This document shows, one piece after another, positions 53,410 through 62,434 of a DNA stretch of 64,000 nucleotides. The DNA lies in contig JAGWAO010000007.1 in assembly GCA_021296315.1 (NCBI GenBank), forward strand, positions 13,737-77,736. The letters are read 5' to 3'. The notes under the pieces were generated by a model. That model saw nothing but the letters and a program-made list of their open reading frames with translations, was not told the DNA's origin and ran no database searches. Both the position numbers and the translations under genes were made by a program. Every line of letters starts with the position of its first letter. Position 1 is the first letter of the stretch. This DNA is from Acidimicrobiia bacterium. GTDB taxonomy: Bacteria; Actinomycetota; Acidimicrobiia; Acidimicrobiales; Aldehydirespiratoraceae.

Positions 53410-53850
53410 CTAGTCCTCGCCGATGTCCTCGTTCCAGAGGTCGGGCTCGGCCGCGATGAACTCCTCCATCATGGCCACGCACGTCTCGTCGTCGAGCACC
53501 GTGACCGTCACGCCCCGCTCGGCCAGCAGGGCCTCCTCGCCCATGAACGTCCGGTTCTCGCCCACCACCACCTCGCCGATGCCGTAGAGCAGGATCGCCC
53601 CGGTGCACATGGCGCAGGGTGACAGGGTGGTGTACATCACCGAGTCGCGGTAGACGCTCGCCGGCAACCGGCCGGCGTTCTCCAGGGCGTCGGTCTCGCC
53701 GTGGCGGATGGCCGAGCCCATCTGCACCCGGCGGTTGTGGCCCCGGCCGATGATCTCACCGTTGTGCACGAGCACGGCTCCGATGGGGATGCCGCCGGTG
53801 GCCCGGCCCCGCATGGCCTCGTCCACGGCCGCCTGCATGAATTGATCCAT
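53410..53850 (-). CDS. Cytosine/nucleoside deaminase, CMP/dCMP zinc-binding type (FCY1-like)
   Basis: The translation shows HGETDALE (HxE) and LSPCAMCTG (PCxxC). The protein is 146 aa. Confidence 0.85.
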   Translation of the reverse strand: MDQFMQAAVDEAMRGRATGGIPIGAVLVHNGEIIGRGHNRRVQMGSAIRHGETDALENAGRLPASVYRDSVMYTTLSPCAMCTGAILLYGIGEVVVGENRTFMGEEALLAERGVTVTVLDDETCVAMMEEFIAAEPDLWNEDIGED

Positions 53851-54176
53851 GGCCCCAATTCAACACCACGGCACGGCAGCCGGTCCGACCGGAAGGTGCA
53901 GGGCGGGACTAGCTTCCGGGCATCGACGACCGACTCGAAGCCCTCATCGGCAGCTGGCGCGACCGGACCGGCGACGACCAACTCGAACGCCGCCTGCGGG
54001 ACCAGCTCACCGGACTTGCCGGTTCGGGGCTGGCACCCGACGAAGCCTTCCTGATCGCGACCAAGCGGGTCGGGACCCTCGACGAGGCGCTGGCGGCCCT
54101 CGACCGCACTGTCGAGGCCCACCCAGCCGAGCAGGCGGGCACCGCACCGGAACCGTCCGGGGGACTCTGGCAGAGG

Positions 54177-55292
54177 TTGGGACTGGCACCGGACAGCGCG
54201 AGCCCGGAGGCCCGCCGCGAGTTCGTGGTCATGGGCGCTCTGGCCTGCGGCGCGGCCGTCGCCATCAAGGCACCCGAGATCTTCGGCCTGCACCTCGAGC
54301 ACGACGGCGAGTTCTACGCTCGCAACGTCAGCCTGCTGGTGCTGCCCTTCCTGGCCGGCTACTTCGCCTGGAAGCGCCGGCTCGGCCCGCCGACGCTGGC
54401 CCTGCTGGCGGCCGCGTTCGCCGCGCCCGCCGCCGTCGTCAACGCCTACCCGTTCGACGGAGGGCGAGACACTTCCGACACCGAGGTGCTGGCCGCGCTG
54501 CACCTGCCCATCCTGTTATGGCTCGCCGTCGGGCTGGCCCACGCCTCCGGCGACTGGCGGTCCCACGACAAGCGCATGGACTTCGTGCGCTTCACCGGTG
54601 AGTGGGTCATCTACTTCGGACTCGTCGCGCTCGGCGGCGGCGTGCTGGCCGGGTCCACGGCCGGGATCTTCTCGGCCATCGGGATCGACGCCAACGAGTT
54701 CATCGGCCTGTGGCTGGTGCCATGCGGAGCGGCCGGCGCGGTGGTCGTGGCCGCCTGGCTAGCCGAGTCGAGACAGGGCGTGCTGGAGAGGATCGCGCCC
54801 GTGCTCACCAGGCTGTTCACGCCGCTGTTCACCGCCATGCTGGCCGCCTTCCTCGTAGCGGTGGCCCTGACCGGCAGGGGCATCGACGTCGGCCGGGGCG
54901 TGCTGATCTTCTTCGACGTGCTGCTCGCTCTGGTGCTGGCGCTAGTCATCTACTCGGTGGCCGCCCGGGACCGGCACGCTCCCCGCGGCCTGTTCGACCT
55001 GCTGCTACTGCTACTGGTGGTAGCTGCCCTGCTGGTCGACCTGCTGGTGCTGGGCGCCATCGTGGGACGCCTGTCCGACTTCGGCGCCACCCCCAACCGG
55101 ATCGCGGCTCTGGGCGAGAACCTGGTGCTGATGGGGAACCTGGCCTGGTCGGCGTGGCTCTACCTCGGCTTCTGGCGGGGCCGCCGCGGCTCTGCCGCCA
55201 TCGAGCGCTGGCAGACCGCCTACGCACCGGTCTATGCGATCTGGCTGTCGGCGGTCGTGGTGGCCTTCCCGCCCCTGTTCGGCTTCGCCTGA
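54177..55292 (+). CDS. Polytopic membrane protein (DUF4153-like); coding-like N-terminal extension 53913-54176 lacks a start codon
   Basis: The body is multi-TM. The upstream in-frame 88 codons encode a helical domain (..GLAPDEAFLIATKRVGTLDEAL..LWQRL) but contain no ATG, GTG or TTG. Confidence 0.65.
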   Translation: MGLAPDSASPEARREFVVMGALACGAAVAIKAPEIFGLHLEHDGEFYARNVSLLVLPFLAGYFAWKRRLGPPTLALLAAAFAAPAAVVNAYPFDGGRDTSDTEVLAALHLPILLWLAVGLAHASGDWRSHDKRMDFVRFTGEWVIYFGLVALGGGVLAGSTAGIFSAIGIDANEFIGLWLVPCGAAGAVVVAAWLAESRQGVLERIAPVLTRLFTPLFTAMLAAFLVAVALTGRGIDVGRGVLIFFDVLLALVLALVIYSVAARDRHAPRGLFDLLLLLLVVAALLVDLLVLGAIVGRLSDFGATPNRIAALGENLVLMGNLAWSAWLYLGFWRGRRGSAAIERWQTAYAPVYAIWLSAVVVAFPPLFGFA

Positions 55293-55342
55293 GCCTCACC
55301 GGCGCGAACGGGTGAGAACCCGTCGTGTCGCAGCGGTGCCAC

Positions 55343-55443
55343 TCCCGCTCCTGTTCGCTGCGCTCACCGGCCGCTCGGGCCACGGCCTCGCTCAGCTCGC
55401 GCCCGAGACCCTCTCAACCGATGCGAGTCCGCTCGGGCCTCAG
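55343..55443. repeat. Copy C of the ~100-bp interspersed repeat family
   Basis: The sequence is tcccgctcctgttcgctgcgctcaccggccgctcgggccacggcctcgct...gtccgctcgggcctcag. Its right end overlaps the glcF stop codon. Confidence 0.8.
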
Positions 55444-56675
55444 GAGCGGGAGGCGGAGAGGGCCTGGTCGACCAGCTCCAGGGGGTGGCGCACCTCCAAG
55501 CCGGCCGCGGCCAGATGCAGCGAGCAGCCGGGGTTGGCGCTGGCCACGACGGACGCGCCCGAGCGGACCACCGCCGCGGTCTTGCGCTCGCGGATGGCCC
55601 TGGACAGCTCGGGCTCCATCACCGAGTAGGCGCCGCCGGCCCCGCAGCACAACCCGTCGTCATCGAGGGCGACCACTTCGGCGACGAACGGGAGGAGCAC
55701 AGCCGGTACCGCGTGGTGGGCCCGCTGCACATGGCGCAGGTGGCAGGGATCCTGCACGGCCACGGTCAACTTCAGCGGAGCGACCGGTCGCCGGGATTGC
55801 AGCTCATCGAGGCGTTCGGCCAGCCATTCGTGGACGTCGTACACCCGGTCTGAGAAGGCCCGGGCCTCGTCGGTTCCCAGCAGATGCCCGTAGTCCTTGA
55901 GCGAGGCGCCGCATCCGGCCGCGTCCACCAGTATGGGACGGTCGTCGCCCGACAGGCCGGCCATCACCTGGCGGGCCATGGCCTTCGTCTCGGACTCCAG
56001 CCCGGCGTGGATGTGCAGAGCCCCGCAGCACGGCGCAACCCCGCCCGTGGGCTCCACCCCGGCGCCAGCCGCCTCCAGCACCCGCTGCACGGCCAGGTGC
56101 ACGTCGCGCTGCCAGGCGTCCATCACGCAGCCGGTGAAGAGCCAGACATCATCGCCCGAGGTGCGCAGTCGAGGGCGCCGCAGCGGCATCCTCGCGGGCA
56201 GGCCGAGGCGCTTAGTGGGCACCAGACGGAGCCGTATGGCCAGCGCCAGCAAGGTGGATCCGGCCAGCAGCAGGCGGCGGTGGCGCAGCATCCGCAGGGC
56301 CAGGCGCTGCCAGCGGGGGGTGATCCGGCCCGCATCGGCCAGTGCGGCCCGGGTGCCCTCCATCAGATGCCCGAACGGTACCGCGCTCGGGCAGGCGGTC
56401 TCGCAGCCCCGGCACTGCACGCACGTCTCCATCGACCGGATCAGGTCTTCTGTCACCGGCGCGCCCTCGTTCTGCACCGCCCGCATCAGCGCGATCCGTC
56501 CCCGCGGCGACTCCGTGTCGCTGCCGGTAATCACGAAGGTGGGGCAGTGCGGCAGGCACAGCCCGCAGGAAACACAGGCGACCAGCTCGTCGTCGTCCAA
56601 TCCGAGGTGCATCAGGGCGTCCCGCGATCGAAATTGATGACGAAACCGCCCCCAGAGGCCCACAATCCACACCAA
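55440..56675 (-). CDS. glcF: Glycolate oxidase iron-sulfur subunit (GlcF-like, CCG-domain Fe-S oxidoreductase)
   Basis: The translation shows CVSCGLCLPHCPT and CVQCRGCETACPS ferredoxin-type clusters, then two Cys-rich CCG-like regions. The alternative start is ATG 56612. Confidence 0.8.
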   Translation of the reverse strand: MVWIVGLWGRFRHQFRSRDALMHLGLDDDELVACVSCGLCLPHCPTFVITGSDTESPRGRIALMRAVQNEGAPVTEDLIRSMETCVQCRGCETACPSAVPFGHLMEGTRAALADAGRITPRWQRLALRMLRHRRLLLAGSTLLALAIRLRLVPTKRLGLPARMPLRRPRLRTSGDDVWLFTGCVMDAWQRDVHLAVQRVLEAAGAGVEPTGGVAPCCGALHIHAGLESETKAMARQVMAGLSGDDRPILVDAAGCGASLKDYGHLLGTDEARAFSDRVYDVHEWLAERLDELQSRRPVAPLKLTVAVQDPCHLRHVQRAHHAVPAVLLPFVAEVVALDDDGLCCGAGGAYSVMEPELSRAIRERKTAAVVRSGASVVASANPGCSLHLAAAGLEVRHPLELVDQALSASRS

Positions 56676-56703
56676 CTTCGTGTCAGCGGCGGTGGGCGGC
56701 CCA

Positions 56704-57621
56704 TCAGGGCCTCCGCAGCGGGTCGCGGCCCGGGTTGAGGCGACCGGTGGGGTCGAAACGCTCCTTGAAGCGGCGATTCAACTCGGCCACGCCCGGCTCG
56801 ACGGGGCGGGACGGCTGGGGCTCGGAGGCATGCACCACCCCCACGCCGATCTCGGCGACGAACCGGCCCGCCGTGCCGTTCCGGACATCGAAGGCGGTGG
56901 CCTCCGCGGGCGTGCACGTCCACCGGTGGAGCGGCAGCTCGGGCGGGCCGTCCACCTCCTCGCAGGCGCCCAGCCGGCCCAGGTCCTCGTCCACGTCGAC
57001 TTCGTAGCCGCTCAGCAGGGTCCACACGTCGGTGCCGTCCCACAGCACCGACGCGGCAGTGTGGCACGACCGCACCGCGCCCGGATCGGTGCCGGCCAGC
57101 CGTACCCAACGCTCGCTCTTCCCCACCGGGAAAGTTCGCACGAGCACCTCGCCCACCAAGCCGAGCGTGCCCAACGACCCGACCAGCAACCGGCACAGGT
57201 CGAAGCCGCTCACGTTCTTGACGGTGCCTGCGCCCGCGCTGGCGATCCGACCGTCGGCGCACACGTAGCGGGCTTGCAGCAGGGCGTCGCGCACCGGCCC
57301 CCGCCCCAGGCGCGCAATGCTCGACTCGCCCGCCATCAGTGCCCCGCCCACCGTGCCGCCGGCACGCTCGGGCAGGGCGGTGCGCTGGCCGGCGGCCGCC
57401 AGCTCCTCGTGCAGCGCAACAACCGGCGTGCCGGCCCGCACCCGCACCGTCATCTCGGCCGGTTCGAACGCCACGATGCCCGCCGGGGCCCGAACCTCAC
57501 GGGTGTCCGGCGCCGCCTCCCCGCCCAAGCTCCAGCGGGTCCCGCCGCCCCGCACGCACACCGGCCCGTCCGGACCGACCTCGGCCGCGAACACGGTGAG
57601 AGCCTCGTCGAAATCAGTCAT
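56704..57621 (-). CDS. glcE: Glycolate oxidase FAD-binding subunit (GlcE-like)
   Basis: The gene shows an FAD_binding_4 pattern and sits between glcD and glcF. The start is set at ATG 57621 (MTDFDEAL). Confidence 0.75.
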   Translation of the reverse strand: MTDFDEALTVFAAEVGPDGPVCVRGGGTRWSLGGEAAPDTREVRAPAGIVAFEPAEMTVRVRAGTPVVALHEELAAAGQRTALPERAGGTVGGALMAGESSIARLGRGPVRDALLQARYVCADGRIASAGAGTVKNVSGFDLCRLLVGSLGTLGLVGEVLVRTFPVGKSERWVRLAGTDPGAVRSCHTAASVLWDGTDVWTLLSGYEVDVDEDLGRLGACEEVDGPPELPLHRWTCTPAEATAFDVRNGTAGRFVAEIGVGVVHASEPQPSRPVEPGVAELNRRFKERFDPTGRLNPGRDPLRRP

Positions 57622-57684
57622 CCCGCTCGGCCTCTCAGAAGACGAGCGGGCAGGTGATGCCGCCTCGCGCTGCGACGCTGTCAT

Positions 57685-57785
57685 TCCCGCTCTTGTTCGC
57701 TGCGCTCACGGGCCGCTCGGGCCACGGCCTCGCTAAGCGTCTCATCAGACCCATCAGGAATCTCAGTCACCCCGCTCGGCCTCTG
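57685..57785. repeat. Copy D of the ~100-bp interspersed repeat family
   Basis: The sequence is tcccgctcttgttcgctgcgctcacgggccgctcgggccacggcctcgct...ccccgctcggcctctg. It lies in the glcD-glcE spacer and ends 3 nt from the glcD stop. Confidence 0.8.
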
Positions 57786-57787
57786 GG

Positions 57788-59314
57788 TTAGCCCCAGACG
57801 CCGGCGGCGTCGGCGGCCCTTAGGGCGCCGATGTCCGAGCAACTGTGGGCGCTGGGCAGAACCTTGCCCGGGTTCATGCGGCAGTGCGGATCGAACGAGG
57901 CCCGCAGCCGGCTCTGCTGATCGAGATCCACTGCGCTGAACATGCGGTTCATGTGCTCGCGCTTCTCCACCCCGATCCCGTGCTCGCCGGTGAGCGCACC
58001 ACCCATGTCCAGCGACATCTCGATGATCTCGCGGCCCGCGGCATGCACCCTCTCGTCGGTGCCCGGCACCCGCGAGTCGTAGGCCAGGATGGGGTGGAGG
58101 TTGCCGTCGCCGGCGTGGAAGACGTTGAGCACGATCAGGTCGTAGCGGTCGACGATCTCGTAGATCCGCTCCAACACCTCCACCAGCCGGGTACGGGGCA
58201 CCACCGTGTCGTGCAGGTAATAGTCGGGCATCACGTTGGCCACGGCCCCGAACGCGCTCTTGCGCCCCTTCCACAGCCGGGCCCGCTCGTCTTCGTCGGC
58301 GGCGGTGCGAACGCTGATGGCCTGGTTGCGCCGGGCGATGCCGGCCACCTTCTCGCTGGCGATGGCCACTCCGCCCGCGGGTCCGTCCACCTCGACCAGC
58401 AGTACCGCGGCAGCGTCCTTGGGGTAGCCGGCCTGGGCGAAGTCCTCGACGGCGGTGACGCAGCGTTGATCCATCATCTCGATGGCGGCCGGCACGATCC
58501 CGGCCGCGATGATGGCGCTGACGGTGGCCGCCGCGTCCGACACGTCGTCGAAGCAAAGCAGCATGGTGCGCACCGCAGGGGGGTTGCGGGTGAGGCGCAC
58601 GGCCACTGCGGTGGCGATGCCGCACATGCCCTCGGAGCCGACGAACGCTCCTCTCAGGTCGTATCCGGCCGGCTCGGCGGTCAGGTCGCCCAGCGTGACG
58701 ACCGACCCGTCGGACAGCACGACCTCCACCGCCACCACATGGGCGCTGGTCACGCCGTAGGCCAGGCAGTGAGGGCCACCGGAGTTGTTGGCCACGTTGC
58801 CGCCGATGGTGCAGGCCGCCTGGCTGGACGGATCGGGCGCGTAGTGAACCCCGTGCGGAGCCAGCGCCCGGCTGAGGTCGAGGTTGACCATGCCGGGCTG
58901 CACCCAGGCCACGCCGTTGTCGAGGTCGACCCCGAGCAGCTTGTCCATCCGGGTCATCGCCAGCACCACCGGCTGGCCCAGCGGCGCCGCGCCGCCGGCT
59001 AGGCCGGTCCCGGCCCCCCTGGGTGACACCGCCCGCCCGTGGCGGGCCGCGACCTGCACGCAAGCCACGACGTCGGAGGTGGAGCCGGGATAGCACACCG
59101 GTCCGGCGTTGCCCTCCCGGTAGATGGAGGCGTCACGGGAAGCCAGGTAGCGGGAAGCGGTGTCGGCCCGCACCCGGTCGGACCCGATGGCCTCGACCAG
59201 GTCGGCGACGAGTGCGGCGTCACCGGCACCGGCGGGCGGGCTGGCGGCCGCTCGGTCGCCTCGACGGCGAGATCCCAGCACCCGGCGGGTGGCGGCAACG
59301 AGTGTCCTGGACAC
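57788..59314 (-). CDS. glcD: FAD-linked oxidase (GlcD-like glycolate/D-lactate dehydrogenase subunit)
   Basis: The translation shows PRGAGTGLAGGA, HAGDGNLHP and GEHGIG. Confidence 0.85.
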   Translation of the reverse strand: MSRTLVAATRRVLGSRRRGDRAAASPPAGAGDAALVADLVEAIGSDRVRADTASRYLASRDASIYREGNAGPVCYPGSTSDVVACVQVAARHGRAVSPRGAGTGLAGGAAPLGQPVVLAMTRMDKLLGVDLDNGVAWVQPGMVNLDLSRALAPHGVHYAPDPSSQAACTIGGNVANNSGGPHCLAYGVTSAHVVAVEVVLSDGSVVTLGDLTAEPAGYDLRGAFVGSEGMCGIATAVAVRLTRNPPAVRTMLLCFDDVSDAAATVSAIIAAGIVPAAIEMMDQRCVTAVEDFAQAGYPKDAAAVLLVEVDGPAGGVAIASEKVAGIARRNQAISVRTAADEDERARLWKGRKSAFGAVANVMPDYYLHDTVVPRTRLVEVLERIYEIVDRYDLIVLNVFHAGDGNLHPILAYDSRVPGTDERVHAAGREIIEMSLDMGGALTGEHGIGVEKREHMNRMFSAVDLDQQSRLRASFDPHCRMNPGKVLPSAHSCSDIGALRAADAAGVWG

Positions 59315-59320
59315 GGCTCA

Positions 59321-59399
59321 GACCATAACGCGCCGCCGTCGGAGCTAGGAACCCCAGCCCGGACCGGATTTCCGGGCGCCGCGTCCGGGCATTATGGTC
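59321..59399. promoter_or_regulatory. Nested inverted repeats in the glcD/P450 divergent region
   Basis: The region contains GACCATAA (59321-28) ... CCCGGA-CCGGAttTCCGG-...-TCCGGG ... TTATGGTC (59392-99). Confidence 0.35.
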
Positions 59400-59441
59400 G
59401 TATGTAAGCAACAATCGACGGATGCTCGGAGCGGACGATCA

Positions 59442-60728
59442 ATGACCCAGACCGAGGCGTCCTACCACCGCGTGCCCGACGAGGTGCCGCCGCCTCCGTC
59501 GGGCTGCCCGGTGACCGGGTTCACGCCGTTCGCGACGGACTATCTCGCCGACCCGTATGCAGTGCTGGACGGGATGCGGGACACGCCGGTGTTCTACTCC
59601 AGCGAGTTGGGCTACCTGGTGGTCACCCGCATGGAAGATGTCAGCGAGGTGTTCCTGGACCCCGAGACGTTCGGCTCCCAGAACGTGCAGGATCCGGTGT
59701 TCCCCCTCAGTCATGCCGCGCAGGCGGTGCTGGCTGCGCCGGACTTCAACCCGGTGGCGGTGATGTCGAACCGCCAGCCGCCCGACCACGGCCGGATCCG
59801 CAACCACACCAAGCGGGGCTTCTCCAACCGGCGGATGCGGATCCTGGAGCCCTACATCCGGCGCCGCAGCCACGACCTCGCCGACGCCCTGCTGGCCGCG
59901 GGCTCGCCGGCGGACTTCGTGCCAGTGTTCGCGCACCCGCTGCCCGGCGAGACGATCTTCCGCTTCATCGGCTTCCCAACCAGCGACGACGAGAAGCTCA
60001 AGGGATGGTGCTCGGACCGCCTGGCCTTCAGCTGGGGCAAGCCGACCGAGGCCGAGCAGACGGAGATCGCCCACAAGATGCTGGCCTACTGGCGCTACTG
60101 CCGCGACTTCGTGGCGGCCAAGGTCGACGACCCCGGCGACGACTTCACCTCCGAGCTCCTGGCCGTGCACAAGGCCGACCCCGCGGAACTCACCTACCGG
60201 GAGGTGGAGTCGATCGTCTACGGCTTGTCCTTCGCGGGCCATGAGATCGTCAGCCACTTCCTGTCGAACTCGCTGATCTGCCTGCTATCGCGCCGGGACC
60301 AGTGGGACCAGCTGGGCGCGGACCCGTCGCTGATGCCGGCCGCGCTGGAGGAGGTGCTGCGCTTCGAGTCGCCCCAGACCAGCTGGCGGCGCGTGGCCAA
60401 CGTCGACGCCAAGGTGGCGGGGGTGAAGGTGCCGGCCGGCACCAACATCTTCTTGAGCCTGGCCGCGGCCAACCACCAGCCCGACATCTTCGAGAACGCC
60501 GGCGAATTCGACATCCACCGGCACAACGCCCGCAACCACATCTCCTTCGGCAAGGGCATCCACTTCTGCCTGGGCGCCCGCCTCGCCCGCCTGGAAGCCA
60601 CCGTCGCCCTTGAGGTGCTCGCCGAGCAGATCCCGTCGCTGCGGCTGGTGGAGGGCCAGAGCCTGGAGCGCTTCGCCAACATCACCTTCCGCGGCCCGAG
60701 AAGGCTGCTGGTGGCCTGGGACGCGTGA
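59442..60728 (+). CDS. Cytochrome P450
   Basis: The translation shows FGKGIHFCLGARLA (heme Cys ligand loop) and EEVLRFESP (ExxR). Confidence 0.9.
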   Translation: MTQTEASYHRVPDEVPPPPSGCPVTGFTPFATDYLADPYAVLDGMRDTPVFYSSELGYLVVTRMEDVSEVFLDPETFGSQNVQDPVFPLSHAAQAVLAAPDFNPVAVMSNRQPPDHGRIRNHTKRGFSNRRMRILEPYIRRRSHDLADALLAAGSPADFVPVFAHPLPGETIFRFIGFPTSDDEKLKGWCSDRLAFSWGKPTEAEQTEIAHKMLAYWRYCRDFVAAKVDDPGDDFTSELLAVHKADPAELTYREVESIVYGLSFAGHEIVSHFLSNSLICLLSRRDQWDQLGADPSLMPAALEEVLRFESPQTSWRRVANVDAKVAGVKVPAGTNIFLSLAAANHQPDIFENAGEFDIHRHNARNHISFGKGIHFCLGARLARLEATVALEVLAEQIPSLRLVEGQSLERFANITFRGPRRLLVAWDA

Positions 60729-60770
60729 CGCAGCCCGCCACACACCACGCCGACAGGCATCGGCAGACCG

Positions 60771-62393
60771 GTGCGATCGGTGCGAGACTCCGGCAAGACT
60801 GCCGGAGTGACCGCTGAGGTGGGCCCACCCAACACGATCCCAGCGCTCGTGGACGAAGCCGCGGCCCGCTTCGGCGACACCGAGGGCCTAGTTGACGGCG
60901 ATCTGCGCCTAAGGTTCGCTGAGTTGCGCGACCGGGTGGACCGGATGGCCGCCGCGCTGGGCGCATGGGGCCTGGCCCCCGGCGACCGCGTGGGCCTGTG
61001 GGGACCCAACTGGTGGGAATGGGCGGTAGCCGCGCTGGGGGTGCACGTCGCGGGCGGCGTGGTGGTGCCGGTCAACACCCGGTTCAAGGGCGACGAGACC
61101 GCTTTCGTGCTCGACCGGTCCCGAGCGCGCCTGCTGTTCTGCTCGACCGGCTTCCTGGGCACCGATCACCTCGACCTGCTGCGGTCCGCCGACGGGGGCG
61201 TTCCGTCGTGCGTCGAGCAGATCGTGGCGCTGCGAGGACCGGTGCCGCCCGGCGTGGTCGGATTCTCTGACTTCGTCACCCAGGCGCCGGAGAGTGCATC
61301 CGCCGACGCCGTGCCCGAGGTCTCGGACCGCGACCCGTGCCACATCATGTTCACCTCGGGCACAACCGGAAGGCCCAAGGGGGTGGTCCTCAACCACGGC
61401 GCGATCTGCCGCGCCTACCGGAGCTGGGCCGAGGTGATCGGTCTGCGGCACGGCGACCGCTACCTGATCGTCAACCCGTTCTTCCACTCCTTCGGTCTCA
61501 ACGCCGGGATCCTGGCCTGCCTGATGGCCGGAGCGACGATGATCCCCCACCCGGTGTTCGACGTGCCGTCGGTGATGGCCCGCATCCCGACCGAGCGGGT
61601 GTCGGTGCTGCCCGGCCCGCCCGCCATCTACCAGACCATCCTCAACCATCCCGACCTCGACACGTTCGACTTGTCCACCCTGCGTCTGGCGGTGACCGGG
61701 GCCGCTGCGGTGCCGGTCCCGATGATCGAGGCGATGCGCGACCGCCTCGGCTTCGAGGTGGTGGTTACCGGCTACGGGCTCACCGAGGCTTCAGGTATCG
61801 CCACCATGTGCCGCCACGACGATCCCCCCTCCACGATCTCGGCCACATCGGGCCGGGCCATCGACGATGTGGAGGTTAGGGTGGTCGGCCCCGGCGGCGC
61901 CGAGCTGCCCCGGGGCGAGCCCGGAGAGATCGTGGTGCGGGGCTACAACGTCATGGACGGCTACCTCGACGATCCCGGCGCCACCGCGTCCGCCATCGAT
62001 GCCGACGGATGGCTGCACACCGGCGACATCGGCACTATGGACGCCGCCGGCTACGTGGCCATCACCGATCGGCTCAAGGACATGTTCATCTGCGGCGGCT
62101 TCAACGCCTACCCGGCCGAGATCGAGGCCGCGATGCTGGCCCACCCAGCGGTGGGACAGGTGGCGGTGGTGGGCCGACCCGACGACCGTCTGGGCGAGGT
62201 GGGCCACGCCTTCGTGGTCCCAGCGCCGGGCGCGTCCACCACCGAGGCCGCCGGAGCCGAACTGGTGGCGTGGTGCCGCCAGCGGATGGCCAACTACAAG
62301 GCTCCCCGGGGCGTCACCTTCACCGACGATCTTCCGCTGACCGCCTCAGGCAAGGTGCGCAAGCACGACCTGCGAGCCCGCCTGGCCGGATGA
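60771..62393 (+). CDS. AMP-dependent acyl-CoA synthetase/ligase (FadD-like)
   Basis: The translation shows FTSGTTGRPKG, GYGLTE, TGDIG and a C-terminal SGKVRK. The exact start is uncertain. Confidence 0.85.
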   Translation: MRSVRDSGKTAGVTAEVGPPNTIPALVDEAAARFGDTEGLVDGDLRLRFAELRDRVDRMAAALGAWGLAPGDRVGLWGPNWWEWAVAALGVHVAGGVVVPVNTRFKGDETAFVLDRSRARLLFCSTGFLGTDHLDLLRSADGGVPSCVEQIVALRGPVPPGVVGFSDFVTQAPESASADAVPEVSDRDPCHIMFTSGTTGRPKGVVLNHGAICRAYRSWAEVIGLRHGDRYLIVNPFFHSFGLNAGILACLMAGATMIPHPVFDVPSVMARIPTERVSVLPGPPAIYQTILNHPDLDTFDLSTLRLAVTGAAAVPVPMIEAMRDRLGFEVVVTGYGLTEASGIATMCRHDDPPSTISATSGRAIDDVEVRVVGPGGAELPRGEPGEIVVRGYNVMDGYLDDPGATASAIDADGWLHTGDIGTMDAAGYVAITDRLKDMFICGGFNAYPAEIEAAMLAHPAVGQVAVVGRPDDRLGEVGHAFVVPAPGASTTEAAGAELVAWCRQRMANYKAPRGVTFTDDLPLTASGKVRKHDLRARLAG

Positions 62394-62434
62394 GGCGAGG
62401 CATTCGTGAATCCGGTCACATAGCGTTGCCGTCC

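Noticed and set aside
56612-56675. A longer N-terminus for GlcF (MVWIVGLWGRFRHQFRSRDAL) versus a start at ATG 56612.
   Set aside because: I cannot decide from sequence alone. The extension is not family-like and contains the AAATTGATG motif. The longer coordinates are reported with the alternative start noted.
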